Shown here piece by piece: positions 36,915 through 46,568 of a DNA stretch of 56,192 bases; the stretch's first letter is position 1, and each line of letters starts with the position of its first letter. Made by a program: the position numbers and the translations under genes. The notes beneath the pieces were generated by a model. It was not told the DNA's origin and made no database searches. It was given only the letters and a program-made list of their open reading frames with translations. Source of the stretch: Candidatus Micrarchaeota archaeon (GTDB taxonomy: Archaea; Micrarchaeota; Micrarchaeia; Micrarchaeales; CABMGC01); NCBI GenBank assembly GCA_021797995.1, contig JAJZYR010000004.1, positions 1 to 56,192 on the forward strand, given 5' to 3'.

Positions 36915-38641
36915 GTGTGGGATTGGCTATAAGCAGGCAGACGAAGGGTCTTATAAGAAAGCTTGCAGTAAAAAATGCATTCGACTACGGAAGCGCCAGG
37001 GAAAATCCGATCCTTGCAAAGGTGCTGTCAAGGGAGCCGGGGCTGAAGGCCGAGATGAAGAGCCTCAGGACCGAGATAGAGAGGATAGTTGCAGAGGTAA
37101 ATGCGCTGCCAAGGCCTGACCTCGAGAGGGAATACGGGAGCCATGCCGCTGAGTTCGAGAGCGAGCAGGAGGAGAAGGCTGAGAGGTCGGCAAGGCATAA
37201 TTTCTCCGTCGAAGGCGCCGAGGTCGGGAAGTTCGTTACGAGGTTCCCTCCCGAGCCTGGCGGCTACATGCACATAGGGCATTCAAAGCCGTTGTTCATA
37301 GAAGACGCGCTGAGGCAGGCATACGACGGGAAGCTGATGCTATATTTCGACGACACGAATCCGGACAACGAAAGGCAGGAGTTTGTAGACGCCTTCAAGA
37401 GGGACTTAGAATGGCTCGGAGTGGCGTTTGATGGGGAGTACTATGCGAGCGACAGCATACCCCTGCTCTATGGCCATGCGGGCAGTATGATAAAAAAAGG
37501 CATGGCGTACGTCTGCACGTGCAGCAGCGAGAAAATAAAGGAGGGCAGGGCCGAGGGAAAGGGGTGCGAGCACAAGGAGCAGGATCCCGGCCAGAACCTC
37601 AAGCTCTGGTCAGAAATGCTCGGCGAAGAGCATGGGGACGGCGGAGCTGTCCTGCGGCTGAACTCCAACATGTCAGCACTTAATACTGTGATGCGCGACC
37701 CGACACTGTTCAGGACAAAGCGAGCCAGGCACTATAGGCAGGGCGATAAATACCATGTCTGGCCTACCTACGACTTCTGTACTCCTGTCATCGACTCGAT
37801 AAGGGGCATAACTGACGTATTAAGGAGCAAGGAGTACGAGCTGAGGGACGAACTCTACTTTGCCGTCCTCGGCGCCCTTGGACTGAGAAAGCCGCGGATA
37901 ACGAGCTTCTCAAGGCTTGAGATAGCAAACAACATCACCTCGAAGAGGAAGATAAGGCAGATGATCGCCGACAAGCTGGTGCAGGGATATAGCGACCCGC
38001 GCCTTGTGACGATATCAGCGCTTCGCAGGCGTGGAATAACGGCCAATGCGATAAGGGAATTTGCCCTGAGCTTCGGAATGGGGAAGTCGGAGAGCGTTGC
38101 AGACCTCGCCGCTCTTCTGAACCTGAACAAGAAGATTATAGAGCCCATAGCCAGGCACCTGTCTTTCATAGACGATCCTGTGCCTGTGCATGTAGCCAAT
38201 GCGGAAGGCATTGAACTGTCGCTGAGGCTCAATCCCTACCAAGATATCGGGTATAGGCGATATATGCTCAATGGGCACTTCTTTATAAATGCTTCTGATT
38301 CAAAAAGATTAAAGAAAGGCGATACAGTACGGTTCAAGGACGCTTTCAGCGTTGCGGTCATAAGCGTCGGAGATGGGGTTGAGGCTGAGTGCGTGGGTAG
38401 TGGGTCCGGAAACATGGTTGTAGTGCCATGGATAGCAGAGAGCGGGGCAGTCAGATGTGAGCTTCTGCATATAGGAAACCTGATGGAGGGCGAGCGATTC
38501 AATGACAGGAGCATCACAAGGACCCATGGATATGCGGAAGGATATGCTTCCTCCCTTGTCGGGGGTGAGATCGTCAAATTCGAGAGAAAAGGCTTCTTCA
38601 GGCTGGATGGAAAGGCCGACATGTCTTTTATCTCAGTATAA
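36911..38641 (+). CDS. gltX: Glutamate--tRNA ligase (archaeal)
   Basis: TRFPPEP.GYMHIGH, FDDTNP, WPTYDF, TSKRK, DPRL.TI..L.RRG. Confidence 0.96.
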   Translation: MSVGLAISRQTKGLIRKLAVKNAFDYGSARENPILAKVLSREPGLKAEMKSLRTEIERIVAEVNALPRPDLEREYGSHAAEFESEQEEKAERSARHNFSVEGAEVGKFVTRFPPEPGGYMHIGHSKPLFIEDALRQAYDGKLMLYFDDTNPDNERQEFVDAFKRDLEWLGVAFDGEYYASDSIPLLYGHAGSMIKKGMAYVCTCSSEKIKEGRAEGKGCEHKEQDPGQNLKLWSEMLGEEHGDGGAVLRLNSNMSALNTVMRDPTLFRTKRARHYRQGDKYHVWPTYDFCTPVIDSIRGITDVLRSKEYELRDELYFAVLGALGLRKPRITSFSRLEIANNITSKRKIRQMIADKLVQGYSDPRLVTISALRRRGITANAIREFALSFGMGKSESVADLAALLNLNKKIIEPIARHLSFIDDPVPVHVANAEGIELSLRLNPYQDIGYRRYMLNGHFFINASDSKRLKKGDTVRFKDAFSVAVISVGDGVEAECVGSGSGNMVVVPWIAESGAVRCELLHIGNLMEGERFNDRSITRTHGYAEGYASSLVGGEIVKFERKGFFRLDGKADMSFISV

Positions 38642-38650
38642 GGTGCTGCC

Positions 38651-39331
38651 TTGCCGAGTATCTCCGTTAATAAACCTGGCAGGGTCGCAGTTGCGGATTC
38701 CGAGCGGCGCCAGCCGTCGGATACGTTTGAAACCGACGTACTGAAGAATGTCATAAGGGAGAACTGGCGCGATGATGTAAAAACAAGGGAGGCGGTCAGA
38801 GAGCTACTCTTCAGCCTAGACGAGCACGCAACCAACATGCGGAAGATGTTCGGCGCATACGATTATGAGATATTTGGAATGCCAGTCATAGTCTCAAACA
38901 CGGTGCACATGAAACCCGAGGAGGCAAGGCAATACCTTGCGCATCTTGAGGCAATTGCCACAGGGTATAGAAACCTGCTTGGAGGAGACATAGCAAACCT
39001 GATAATGATAGGCCTGCCAAGAAAGGCAAAGGACCTTCGGGGAGCAAGCCGCTACACTACGCTGTTGGTAAAGGAGTTGGAGAGGAGGCACTTTGCATAC
39101 AGGAAAAGGATGACAAGGGAGAGTATGGCTCTCGACGGCTTGGCCAGGAAGCTTGCGGAGAGCAATTCGGGGATACTGCGGTTCTTTAGGCATGGCAGGA
39201 TCATGCGGCTGAAGGACAGGAAGAGCAGAAGACTGTCAAGAATGGCAAAGCTTGAGACAGGGATGTCAAGATACCTATATCTTCTCGACATGGTAAGGGA
39301 GAAGACCGCTCCAGCGGACCAAAGGCGCTGA
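38651..39331 (+). CDS. Hypothetical protein, helical with basic C-terminus
   Basis: 226-aa ORF filling the gap between gltX and prs; no recognisable motif. Confidence 0.6.
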   Translation: MPSISVNKPGRVAVADSERRQPSDTFETDVLKNVIRENWRDDVKTREAVRELLFSLDEHATNMRKMFGAYDYEIFGMPVIVSNTVHMKPEEARQYLAHLEAIATGYRNLLGGDIANLIMIGLPRKAKDLRGASRYTTLLVKELERRHFAYRKRMTRESMALDGLARKLAESNSGILRFFRHGRIMRLKDRKSRRLSRMAKLETGMSRYLYLLDMVREKTAPADQRR

Positions 39332-39337
39332 CTCCAG

Positions 39338-40210
39338 TCATCTCAAGGCATCTGCGATCGGTCCTGATACATCAACTACGCTTGCATTGCCGAACGGGAT
39401 CGTATTGGTTCCATAGATCCTCGTGATTCTTGCCTTCCTCAGCCTGTCGTAGGCATCGCCTGCCATCACTAGATGCACAGCAGCCACGTCCACCTCGGCC
39501 GCCCCTCGCGAGTATGCAAACTCCGCGGCAAGGGCTATCGTGCCTCCTGTGCTTATCATATCATCAACGACGAGCACCTGCTTCCCGTCAAACCTCTGCT
39601 CCGGCGCATTTCTTATACTGACGGCCCCGGTGACTGGGTCGCGCTCCTTCTCTATGTGCGCATATCCGCATCCGAGCAGCTCAGCCGCCCTCGTCGCAAG
39701 CCCTAGGCCTCCCTTGTCAGGGGCAAGCACATAAGGCTCCCTGAGGTCTTTTGCAATTGCGTCTATCAGCGTATCAACCGGGTAAACCGGGATTACCTTG
39801 CCCCTGAACATCCTGAACGGTTCCTCCTTGTGCGGCTGCACCGTGACAAGCCTGCTTATCCCTGCGGCATTCAGCAGCTTCATTATGACATGTGAGCTTA
39901 CGACCTGGCCATCGAGGAACCGTCTGTCCTGCCGCATGTATGCAAGATACGGGACAACGGCGCTTATGCTCTTGGCGCCCATCGAGCTGAGCGCATCGGC
40001 GATGAAAAGCAGCTCCATGAGGCGCCTGTCGTGCGGTGCGTATGTCGACTGCACAATGGCTATATCCTTGCCTTTCGCGTCAAAAGGGACCTTTACAACG
40101 AATTCGCCGTCAGGGAAGTCCCTCTTCTCTATGCTGAAGTACCTCGCTTTGAGTAGCCTGGCCAGATTTGGTCCTATCTCACCGCATGCGGAGCCGCCTA
40201 GTATGATCAT
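39338..40210 (-). CDS. prs: Ribose-phosphate pyrophosphokinase
   Basis: FPDGE, PYLAYMRQD, APDKGG, VVDDMISTGGT. Confidence 0.96.
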   Translation of the reverse strand: MIILGGSACGEIGPNLARLLKARYFSIEKRDFPDGEFVVKVPFDAKGKDIAIVQSTYAPHDRRLMELLFIADALSSMGAKSISAVVPYLAYMRQDRRFLDGQVVSSHVIMKLLNAAGISRLVTVQPHKEEPFRMFRGKVIPVYPVDTLIDAIAKDLREPYVLAPDKGGLGLATRAAELLGCGYAHIEKERDPVTGAVSIRNAPEQRFDGKQVLVVDDMISTGGTIALAAEFAYSRGAAEVDVAAVHLVMAGDAYDRLRKARITRIYGTNTIPFGNASVVDVSGPIADALR

Positions 40211-40216
40211 CGTTTA

Positions 40217-40672
40217 TCAGCTTTCATCTTCAATCCTTGATATCTTTCTTATTCTGCGTACGTGCCTCTCCTCGCCTGAGAATTCCTCTCCAGCCCACAC
40301 GGACGCGATATGCCGCGCCTTCTCCACATTTGTCAGCATGCTGCCTATGCATAGCACATTTGCATTGACATGCTGTTTTGCTAGCCTTGCCCCCTGCACG
40401 CTGCCTGCAGTCACTGCGCGTATTCCGCGCACCTTGTTCGCTGCTATGCTCATCCCCTGGCCGCTCTTGCATGCGAGTATGCCGATGGCGTTGTGTGCGG
40501 CAACCTTCCTGCAGAGCCTTCTTGCGTAGTCAGGATAGTCGTCTCCGGCATCGTACTCATAGGCGCCTACATCGATGACCTTATACCCTTCATCCTCAAG
40601 GTGCCCCTTTAGCGCCTTCTTAAGCTCGAATCCGCCGTGGTCGCCGCCTATGTAAATAGTACGCATCCTCAT
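40217..40672 (-). CDS. rpiB: Ribose-5-phosphate isomerase B
   Basis: IGGDHGGFELK, DDYPD, C.SG.GMSIAANKV.GIRA, RH.RRI.KI. Confidence 0.93.
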   Translation of the reverse strand: MRMRTIYIGGDHGGFELKKALKGHLEDEGYKVIDVGAYEYDAGDDYPDYARRLCRKVAAHNAIGILACKSGQGMSIAANKVRGIRAVTAGSVQGARLAKQHVNANVLCIGSMLTNVEKARHIASVWAGEEFSGEERHVRRIRKISRIEDES

Positions 40673-40749
40673 CTTACCACACGAGAAGAGATTTATAGAA
40701 CATCGCAGAGATATATATTATAGGAAGGTAACAATCCTGGGCCGGTCTG

Positions 40750-41541
40750 ATGAAGAACAGAAAAACGCACATGATGGGCCAGGTCTTTCTGGTCAGCCCG
40801 CACATCGCCGAGATAGAGGCTGCGCATGCCATTGGCAAGAATGTGCTTGAGATAGGCCCAGGGCAGGGAATCCTGACCAGGGCGCTCCTCAGGAATGCGA
40901 GGCTTGTGGTGGGCGTGGAGAAGGACCGCGGCCTCTACGCGGCATTGAAGATGAGCATTGCCTCAAAGAAGCTCAAGCTGCTGCACAGGGACTTCTTCGA
41001 CGCTACAGATGAGGAGCTTCAGCTCGGCAAGGTCGATATAGTGATATCGAATGTACCATACTCCCTCTCGAGCAGGATCATAGGCTGGCTCGCTGAGAAG
41101 AGGATGCAGGCAGTCCTCTGCCTTCAGAAGGAGTTCGTGGACCACATGCTCGCGGAGCCAGACACGAGGGAGTATTCGAACATCAGCGTCACTACGGCTC
41201 TATGCTTCAGGGTCACTAAGATCATGGAGGTGGGCAGGAACAACTTTAGGCCAGTTCCTCTCGTAGACTCATCGATAATCTACATGAAGCCGCTGCATGG
41301 GATGCCGGGAAGGGAGGAACTTAAGATAATCGCTGCGATGATGCAGCACAAGAAGAAGACGGTGAGGAACGCGCTGATAGACTCGAGCTGGAGCCTTGGC
41401 ATCGAAAAAGGGGAAATGGTGAAGATCGCAGATGCGGTAAGGAATAATGGCGGGAGGGTATTCAAGCTTGCTCCAAGTGAGCTCCTCGAACTGTCAAGAG
41501 AGGTAATCAAAAGGGCAAATATTCCGATAAACAGTGTGTAG
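40750..41541 (+). CDS. rsmA: 16S rRNA adenine dimethyltransferase (KsgA/Dim1)
   Basis: GQVFL, VLEIGPG.G.LT, SNVPYSLSS, QKEF, F.PVP.VDS. Confidence 0.95.
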   Translation: MKNRKTHMMGQVFLVSPHIAEIEAAHAIGKNVLEIGPGQGILTRALLRNARLVVGVEKDRGLYAALKMSIASKKLKLLHRDFFDATDEELQLGKVDIVISNVPYSLSSRIIGWLAEKRMQAVLCLQKEFVDHMLAEPDTREYSNISVTTALCFRVTKIMEVGRNNFRPVPLVDSSIIYMKPLHGMPGREELKIIAAMMQHKKKTVRNALIDSSWSLGIEKGEMVKIADAVRNNGGRVFKLAPSELLELSREVIKRANIPINSV

Positions 41542-41633
41542 AAAAGGCTCTTAAAGATCGGAAATGCATAATGAAATGTTAATCTAGGTGAAAGAATGTA
41601 CGAAGGCACAAGATCAGCTCCATAAGCCGTTAG

Positions 41634-42533
41634 TTACCTTAAGTAATCCACTCTCGAGGTTTCTGTTAGTTTACCAAACTTGAGTAATGTTTCATACTGC
41701 CTCGAATAACCACTATCGAATTTTCTTAAACATAATTCACCTAAAATCAAGTCTGTTGCTATAGCTATTTTTATAGATGCCCCTTTAATTCTCGATAATT
41801 CCCTGCTTACTGCTTCTAAATCTTTATTATCAAAAACAGGGCGAAATAAAATAACCCCATATGGTGTTCCTATGTCTCCAACAAGAGAATAATAATTGGC
41901 TAAATTAGTATCCTCCTTTATAATATTGACCAAAAAATCTGGTCGCGACTCATCGAATTTATTAGTATCATCGATAACTAAGAATATAATTCCGATATAT
42001 TTTACAGGTAAGCTCCTCATAGTAATAGTTACGCGCTGAAGCAATCCATTCTCCAGCATTTTATGATATGAATACTGGGCCCTTCCTTCATCAAATCTAT
42101 ATTTCTTATCTATATCTGTAAAATTCATTATACCATTAGTATTCAATTCTCGAAGTACTGCAAATTCTCTCTTCAGAAGGCCTTTCTCATTACCGCTTAA
42201 TTTTTCTTCAAATAAGTTTTCTTCTTTAACAGTGGCCTCGGACAAAGTTTCTATTAGCTCATCGCGCAAAGGTACAAAATTATAATACTCAAAAAATGTA
42301 GTTATGTACCATTCTGAGCGATGATGATAAAACTTGCCCTTTCGTCTAAGATCCCTGCACAAAAAGCTAAGTTCTTGATTTGTTCTTGCAATCACATACA
42401 ACAAAAGATGATATTCTGAGCCAGTAAGCTTCATAACTAATTGAACTCTAGATTCAGATCCCACAGTTTCTTTTATTTCTTCTATAGAGGGTATCCTATC
42501 TAAAAACTTTATGAAAATAAGGAATTTTAGGTA
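41634..42533 (-). pseudogene. Lrp/AsnC-like multi-domain wHTH protein, AT-rich, probably N-terminally truncated
   Basis: wHTH segment LRELNTNG..NF.DID.......AQY.Y.K..E.G.L.R; AsnC-like KLTGSEYHLLLYV. Composition switches to AT-rich near 42535; no convincing start. Confidence 0.5.
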
Positions 42534-42728
42534 GATGGCACGACTTATACCCCAACCCTCTATTATTGAACCCGCCATCAGGACCATATCCAATCATCTG
42601 CGCGTGAGGGCTCCCACCCGCGCGCATTATACTTGCTGGAAGTGCAGCGAGAGCTACGGTGCTCCTGGAGACTTTCTCTGGCACATACGATACTGTGTTG
42701 TATGAGATACATACGGGTGGGTGGAGAG

Positions 42729-43007
42729 ATGAAGAAAGAGAATGCAAACGTTAGAAGGAGCTATGGAAGGACGTGCAGCATCTTTTTTGTAAGGCCAAAG
42801 AGCATGGCCAATGCGCACGAGGCCGCGAAGAGGTTCATGGGCATAAGGCACGTGAAGGGGGTCTTTGTCACCGAGGGAAAGTACGGCTTCGTTGTAAGGA
42901 CGATGGATCTCGGATTGGAGGAGGAGAAGGAAGTGGGCAGGATTATGTCAAAGGCTGCGGGACCGGGCCTTGCGAAGATGACATGCTACTACTCATACAG
43001 GAAGTGA
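42729..43007 (+). CDS. Small AsnC/Lrp ligand-binding-like domain protein
   Basis: FFVRP...EAAKRFM.I.HV..VFVTEGKYGFVV, a ferredoxin-like beta-alpha-beta pattern; GGAG upstream of ATG 42729. Confidence 0.55.
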   Translation: MKKENANVRRSYGRTCSIFFVRPKSMANAHEAAKRFMGIRHVKGVFVTEGKYGFVVRTMDLGLEEEKEVGRIMSKAAGPGLAKMTCYYSYRK

Positions 43008-43121
43008 GCGGAATGCGAAGACGAAAGGATAATAGTAGCGGGACGTGGCGGGATCAAAGCCCACCTTCCTATGACTGCCGGCCGGCATAGGCTTTTTATA
43101 CCTGTTTGGTAATATAAGAGC

Positions 43122-43280
43122 ATGGAGACCAAGAGGGTAGTTATAGAGGTGCCCAAAGAGGCAAACACAAGGGAGGTCAAGGCCATAGTCAAGAGGATAT
43201 TCTCGTTTAATGTGAGGAAGTATTATGGCAGATCGAGGAACTTTCCGAAGGTACGCGTTAGATGGCAATTGTCTGTTTAG
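43122..43280 (+). CDS. Putative VapB-type antitoxin
   Basis: Manual translation METKRVVIEVPKEANTREVKAIVKRIFSFNVRKYYGRSRNFPKVRVRWQLSV (52 aa); overlaps the vapC start; TTTATA upstream. Confidence 0.65.
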   Translation: METKRVVIEVPKEANTREVKAIVKRIFSFNVRKYYGRSRNFPKVRVRWQLSV

Positions 43281-43657
43281 ACACGGACGTGCTGGTTGAC
43301 ATAATACGTGCAGACGAACCTCTCTCCAGGCTAAGGGGCATAAGGTATCTTGGCTCATGTACCACGATAATCACGCTTCTGGAGCTCTACTACGGGGCCT
43401 TTAAGTCTGGCAAGCAAGACGATCTGGCACTAATCGAGTTCCTGAAGAATGACATAGTGGTGCTTGAATTATCAGAAGGCGATGTCAAACTCGCTGGAAA
43501 GATCATGGCTGACCTTGACAAGAAAGGCCTTAAAGTGGATTTCAGAGATGTCGTGATAGGGGCGATATGCATAAACGAGAAGATAACCCTGATGACAAGA
43601 AATATAAAGCATTTTAAGAGGATGGAATCGTACGGTCTTTCTATAACAACAGTATAA
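43262..43657 (+). CDS. vapC: VapC PIN-domain toxin
   Basis: CLDTDVLVD, ITLLELYYG, DFRDVVIGA, LMTRNIKHF. Confidence 0.92.
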   Translation: MAIVCLDTDVLVDIIRADEPLSRLRGIRYLGSCTTIITLLELYYGAFKSGKQDDLALIEFLKNDIVVLELSEGDVKLAGKIMADLDKKGLKVDFRDVVIGAICINEKITLMTRNIKHFKRMESYGLSITTV

Positions 43658-43766
43658 GCCCCAGATACTGTGTTGTTTATTTATCAATTGGCGCGGCAGG
43701 GTTCTACCGAGGGCTGTAGGCCCGGGCCTTGCAAAGATGACATGCTACTACTCATACAGGAAGTGA

Positions 43767-44429
43767 TCAGAACGAGTACCTGGGCTCCTGGATCTCCTTC
43801 AGTAACACTGCACTCTTCAGGCTGCTCTTGAAGAGCCTCTCCGCGGCATCAGACTTTTCCTTTCCAAGCACCGCCTTGTAATGCATGGGAATGGCCTGCT
43901 TCAGCACCATGCTCTTCGCAGCTTCTATCGCGTCGTTTACGTCCATCGTGTAGGTCCCGCTCATCGGAAGCAGTGCAATGTCCACCCTGAGCCCCCTCAT
44001 CTCATCTATGAAATCGGTATCTCCGGTATGGTAGAGAAGCCTTCCACCGTCCAGCTCGATGACATATCCTACCCACCCATTTGACCTGGGATGCTTGTCC
44101 AGCCTCTCCTTTACGTTGTTGTATGCAGGCATTGTGCTGAATCTTATGCCCAGTGCGCTGTACCTCTTATTTGGCTCCACGCCAGTGACTTTGCCCACCG
44201 GTATCTTGTCCGTGCTGTCTCTGGGCACGAATATCTCCGTATCCTTGTCCGCTATCTTCCTTATCGAATCAGGATGAAGATGGTCGAAGTGCGGGTGCGT
44301 TATCAAGATCAGGTCGGCATGCCCCTTCACTTCCCTCAGGTCGAACGGGTCTATGTAGACCTTCTTGCCATTAATCCTGAGAAGGAAGCTTGCATGTCCT
44401 ATCCAGTTTATGTCGTCCATCTCGCCCAT
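43767..44429 (-). CDS. Metallo-beta-lactamase-fold hydrolase
   Basis: WIGHASF, YIDPF, ITHPHFDHL, YHTGDT, IPMHY. Confidence 0.92.
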   Translation of the reverse strand: MGEMDDINWIGHASFLLRINGKKVYIDPFDLREVKGHADLILITHPHFDHLHPDSIRKIADKDTEIFVPRDSTDKIPVGKVTGVEPNKRYSALGIRFSTMPAYNNVKERLDKHPRSNGWVGYVIELDGGRLLYHTGDTDFIDEMRGLRVDIALLPMSGTYTMDVNDAIEAAKSMVLKQAIPMHYKAVLGKEKSDAAERLFKSSLKSAVLLKEIQEPRYSF

Positions 44430-44486
44430 CTATTTATGATATTAAACATGGCAAGGGATATAAAGCTCTGCCGGCCATGTTGTATC

Positions 44487-45065
44487 ATGGGACCGACCCG
44501 CGCAAATCCGCGCACGAAGAGCAATATCCAAGAGGTACTGCGCCGGGCAGGCATACAGACAGGCACCGAGAGCCGCCTTTCCGTCAGTGCCGTCATAGCC
44601 GATGATCCGCTCGCTCGTGATCACAGGTTATTGATGCTTAGAAGGAGTGATCCTCCAGAAAGCCTGGAAATCCCTGGAGGGGGGGTTGACATAAAGCGCG
44701 TGCAGACTCATTTCGGTAAGAGCAAAAGGAGAAGTGAGACTCTCTCAGAGGCGCTTAGGAGGGAGGTTAGGGAAGAGACAGGGCTGGAGTTGGATAAAAT
44801 ACTGGCATACCTCAGTACGCATGAATTTATCTCGCAAACACACAAAATCCACACGATTCAGCTGGCTTTCTTTGCAAGTGTTCTGTGCCCCAATACCGTC
44901 ACATTGAGCTATGAGCACACGGAATATGGCTGGCTTACCAAAGGCGAACTTCTCGCGCCGGAGACATGGAACCAGATAACAGAGAGATCGCAGATAGCGC
45001 TCTCAAGTTACTGGGAGTTGCAGGGCCGCCAGGCTGCCGCCCATAGAAAAGGATATAACACTTAG
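44487..45065 (+). CDS. NUDIX hydrolase with insertion inside the Nudix box
   Basis: LEIPGGGVD-(insert)-ETLSEALRREVREETGL, LSYEHTEYGW; start set to ATG 44487. Confidence 0.8.
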   Translation: MGPTRANPRTKSNIQEVLRRAGIQTGTESRLSVSAVIADDPLARDHRLLMLRRSDPPESLEIPGGGVDIKRVQTHFGKSKRRSETLSEALRREVREETGLELDKILAYLSTHEFISQTHKIHTIQLAFFASVLCPNTVTLSYEHTEYGWLTKGELLAPETWNQITERSQIALSSYWELQGRQAAAHRKGYNT

Positions 45066-45074
45066 CGACAAAGA

Positions 45075-45989
45075 TTGGACATGGCAGCCAAGCAATACGT
45101 CTGGATGGATGGCAGGTTCATTGACTTTGACAAGGCAAACGTGCATGTGCTCACGCATTCGTTGCAGTACGGAAGTGGGATCTTTGAAGGCATCAGGGCA
45201 TACAGCACGGAGAAGGGCCCTGCGGTCTTCAGGCTTGCAGAGCACGCGGCAAGATTCATCAACAGCGCAAAGATCGTTGGCATGGAACTCGGATTCTCCA
45301 AGAAACAGGTTGCCGATGTAATATTATCCACGATAAAGAAGAACGGTCTGGCCTCGTGTTACATCAGGCCTTTTGCATTTTATAATGACCAGCAGATAGG
45401 GCTCAATATTACCGGAAAGAAGGTGAGTTTTGCCGTTGCCGCGATACCTTTCGGGAACTACTTCCAGACCAAGGACAAGGGCATATCATGTAAGGTTGCG
45501 TCGTGGCAGAGGATAAATTCGCACGTTCTTCCGCCCCAGGCAAAGGCGAGCGCCAACTATCTCAACTCGATCCTCGCCTCGCAGGAGGCAAAGCACGCAG
45601 GATACGACGAAGCAGTGTTGCTTTCTCCGCAGGGGCATGTTGCAGAAGGCCCTGGGGAGAATATCTTTCTGGTCAGAGACGGCAGGCTGCTTACCCCTGG
45701 CCTTGAATCAGACATCCTTCCTGGCATAACCCGCGATTCGATAATAAAGCTGGCATCCCGCCTCGACATCGTTGTTGAGGAAAGGGCAGTGCACAGGGAG
45801 GAGCTCTATACGTGCGATGAGGCGTTCTTCACCGGAACAGCTGCAGAAATGACTCCGATAACCTCGGTGGACTCAAGAAAGATTGGAGACGGCAAGCCGG
45901 GACCCATAACTGCCTTGCTCTCAGAAAGGTTCGCTGCGATCGCACACGGAAAGGACAGCGAATACAGCAAATGGCTGACATTCGCCTGA
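45075..45989 (+). CDS. ilvE: Branched-chain amino acid aminotransferase
   Basis: HSLQYGSGIFEGIRAY, YIRP, AKASANYLNS, EGPGENIF, LPGITR, GTAAE. Confidence 0.96.
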   Translation: MDMAAKQYVWMDGRFIDFDKANVHVLTHSLQYGSGIFEGIRAYSTEKGPAVFRLAEHAARFINSAKIVGMELGFSKKQVADVILSTIKKNGLASCYIRPFAFYNDQQIGLNITGKKVSFAVAAIPFGNYFQTKDKGISCKVASWQRINSHVLPPQAKASANYLNSILASQEAKHAGYDEAVLLSPQGHVAEGPGENIFLVRDGRLLTPGLESDILPGITRDSIIKLASRLDIVVEERAVHREELYTCDEAFFTGTAAEMTPITSVDSRKIGDGKPGPITALLSERFAAIAHGKDSEYSKWLTFA

Positions 45990-46005
45990 AGTGCTGCAGA
46001 AAGAG

Positions 46006-46362
46006 CTAGAGCAGTTTCAGTCCTGATGTAAATGCATCTATCTCAGAGCCCTTCCAGGGCCCTATCCCCAGCGCCGTAAAGGTCCCTGCAGGAAGTTGCG
46101 TAAGTCCGGCGTCGGTGACCAAGGCGCACGGTATCTTCTTGTACTCGAATGCCTTCTGCAGCTTCTTCAGCGCCTCCTCGCCCTCAACCTTCAGCACTAT
46201 CTTCTTCTCGCCGGCCCGTATCCACCCGTCAGCTATGTCTCCGTGCTTCTTTGCTGTTTCAAGATAGCTCATGAGCGAGGCGTGCGCACCCTGCGCAACT
46301 GTCTTGCCGACCCCCATGCCGATATCCTTCCTGATCACTATTACCTGCTTCAGTTCTTCCAT
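46006..46362 (-). CDS. pth2: Peptidyl-tRNA hydrolase Pth2
   Basis: KQVIVIRKD..M..GK..AQ.AHAS, KKIVLKV, DAG.TQ, ALGIGP. Confidence 0.96.
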   Translation of the reverse strand: MEELKQVIVIRKDIGMGVGKTVAQGAHASLMSYLETAKKHGDIADGWIRAGEKKIVLKVEGEEALKKLQKAFEYKKIPCALVTDAGLTQLPAGTFTALGIGPWKGSEIDAFTSGLKLL

Positions 46363-46568
46363 CGTCTCATTTCCTGCCGTTCTTATGTTCCCTTTAGTAC
46401 TATCAATACGTCTGCCATGGTTTATTACTTTTTGCCTTCATGGGGCTATTTATCTATGCGGGCGAAACGCCTCATTCATTGCGAATGGGCAAATCGGGGT
46501 TCCCACTGCCGTAGAATAAGCTTAAATGGGTTTGCCTCTACCTTCAGGTAAATGTTGTTGATGCGGGG

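Larger units (their letters stand above)
42936..43766 (+). repeat. Direct repeat pair 42936-43007 / 43695-43766 (3' 45 bp identical except one base)
   Basis: ccgggccttgc(g/a)aagatgacatgctactactcatacaggaagtga at 42963-43007 and 43722-43766. Confidence 0.92.

Noticed and set aside
44091..44486. Long N-terminal part of the 324-aa ORF as a NUDIX fusion
   Set aside because: Antisense to the MBL gene; a TATA-like element near 44458-44464 and ATG 44487 give a better start.
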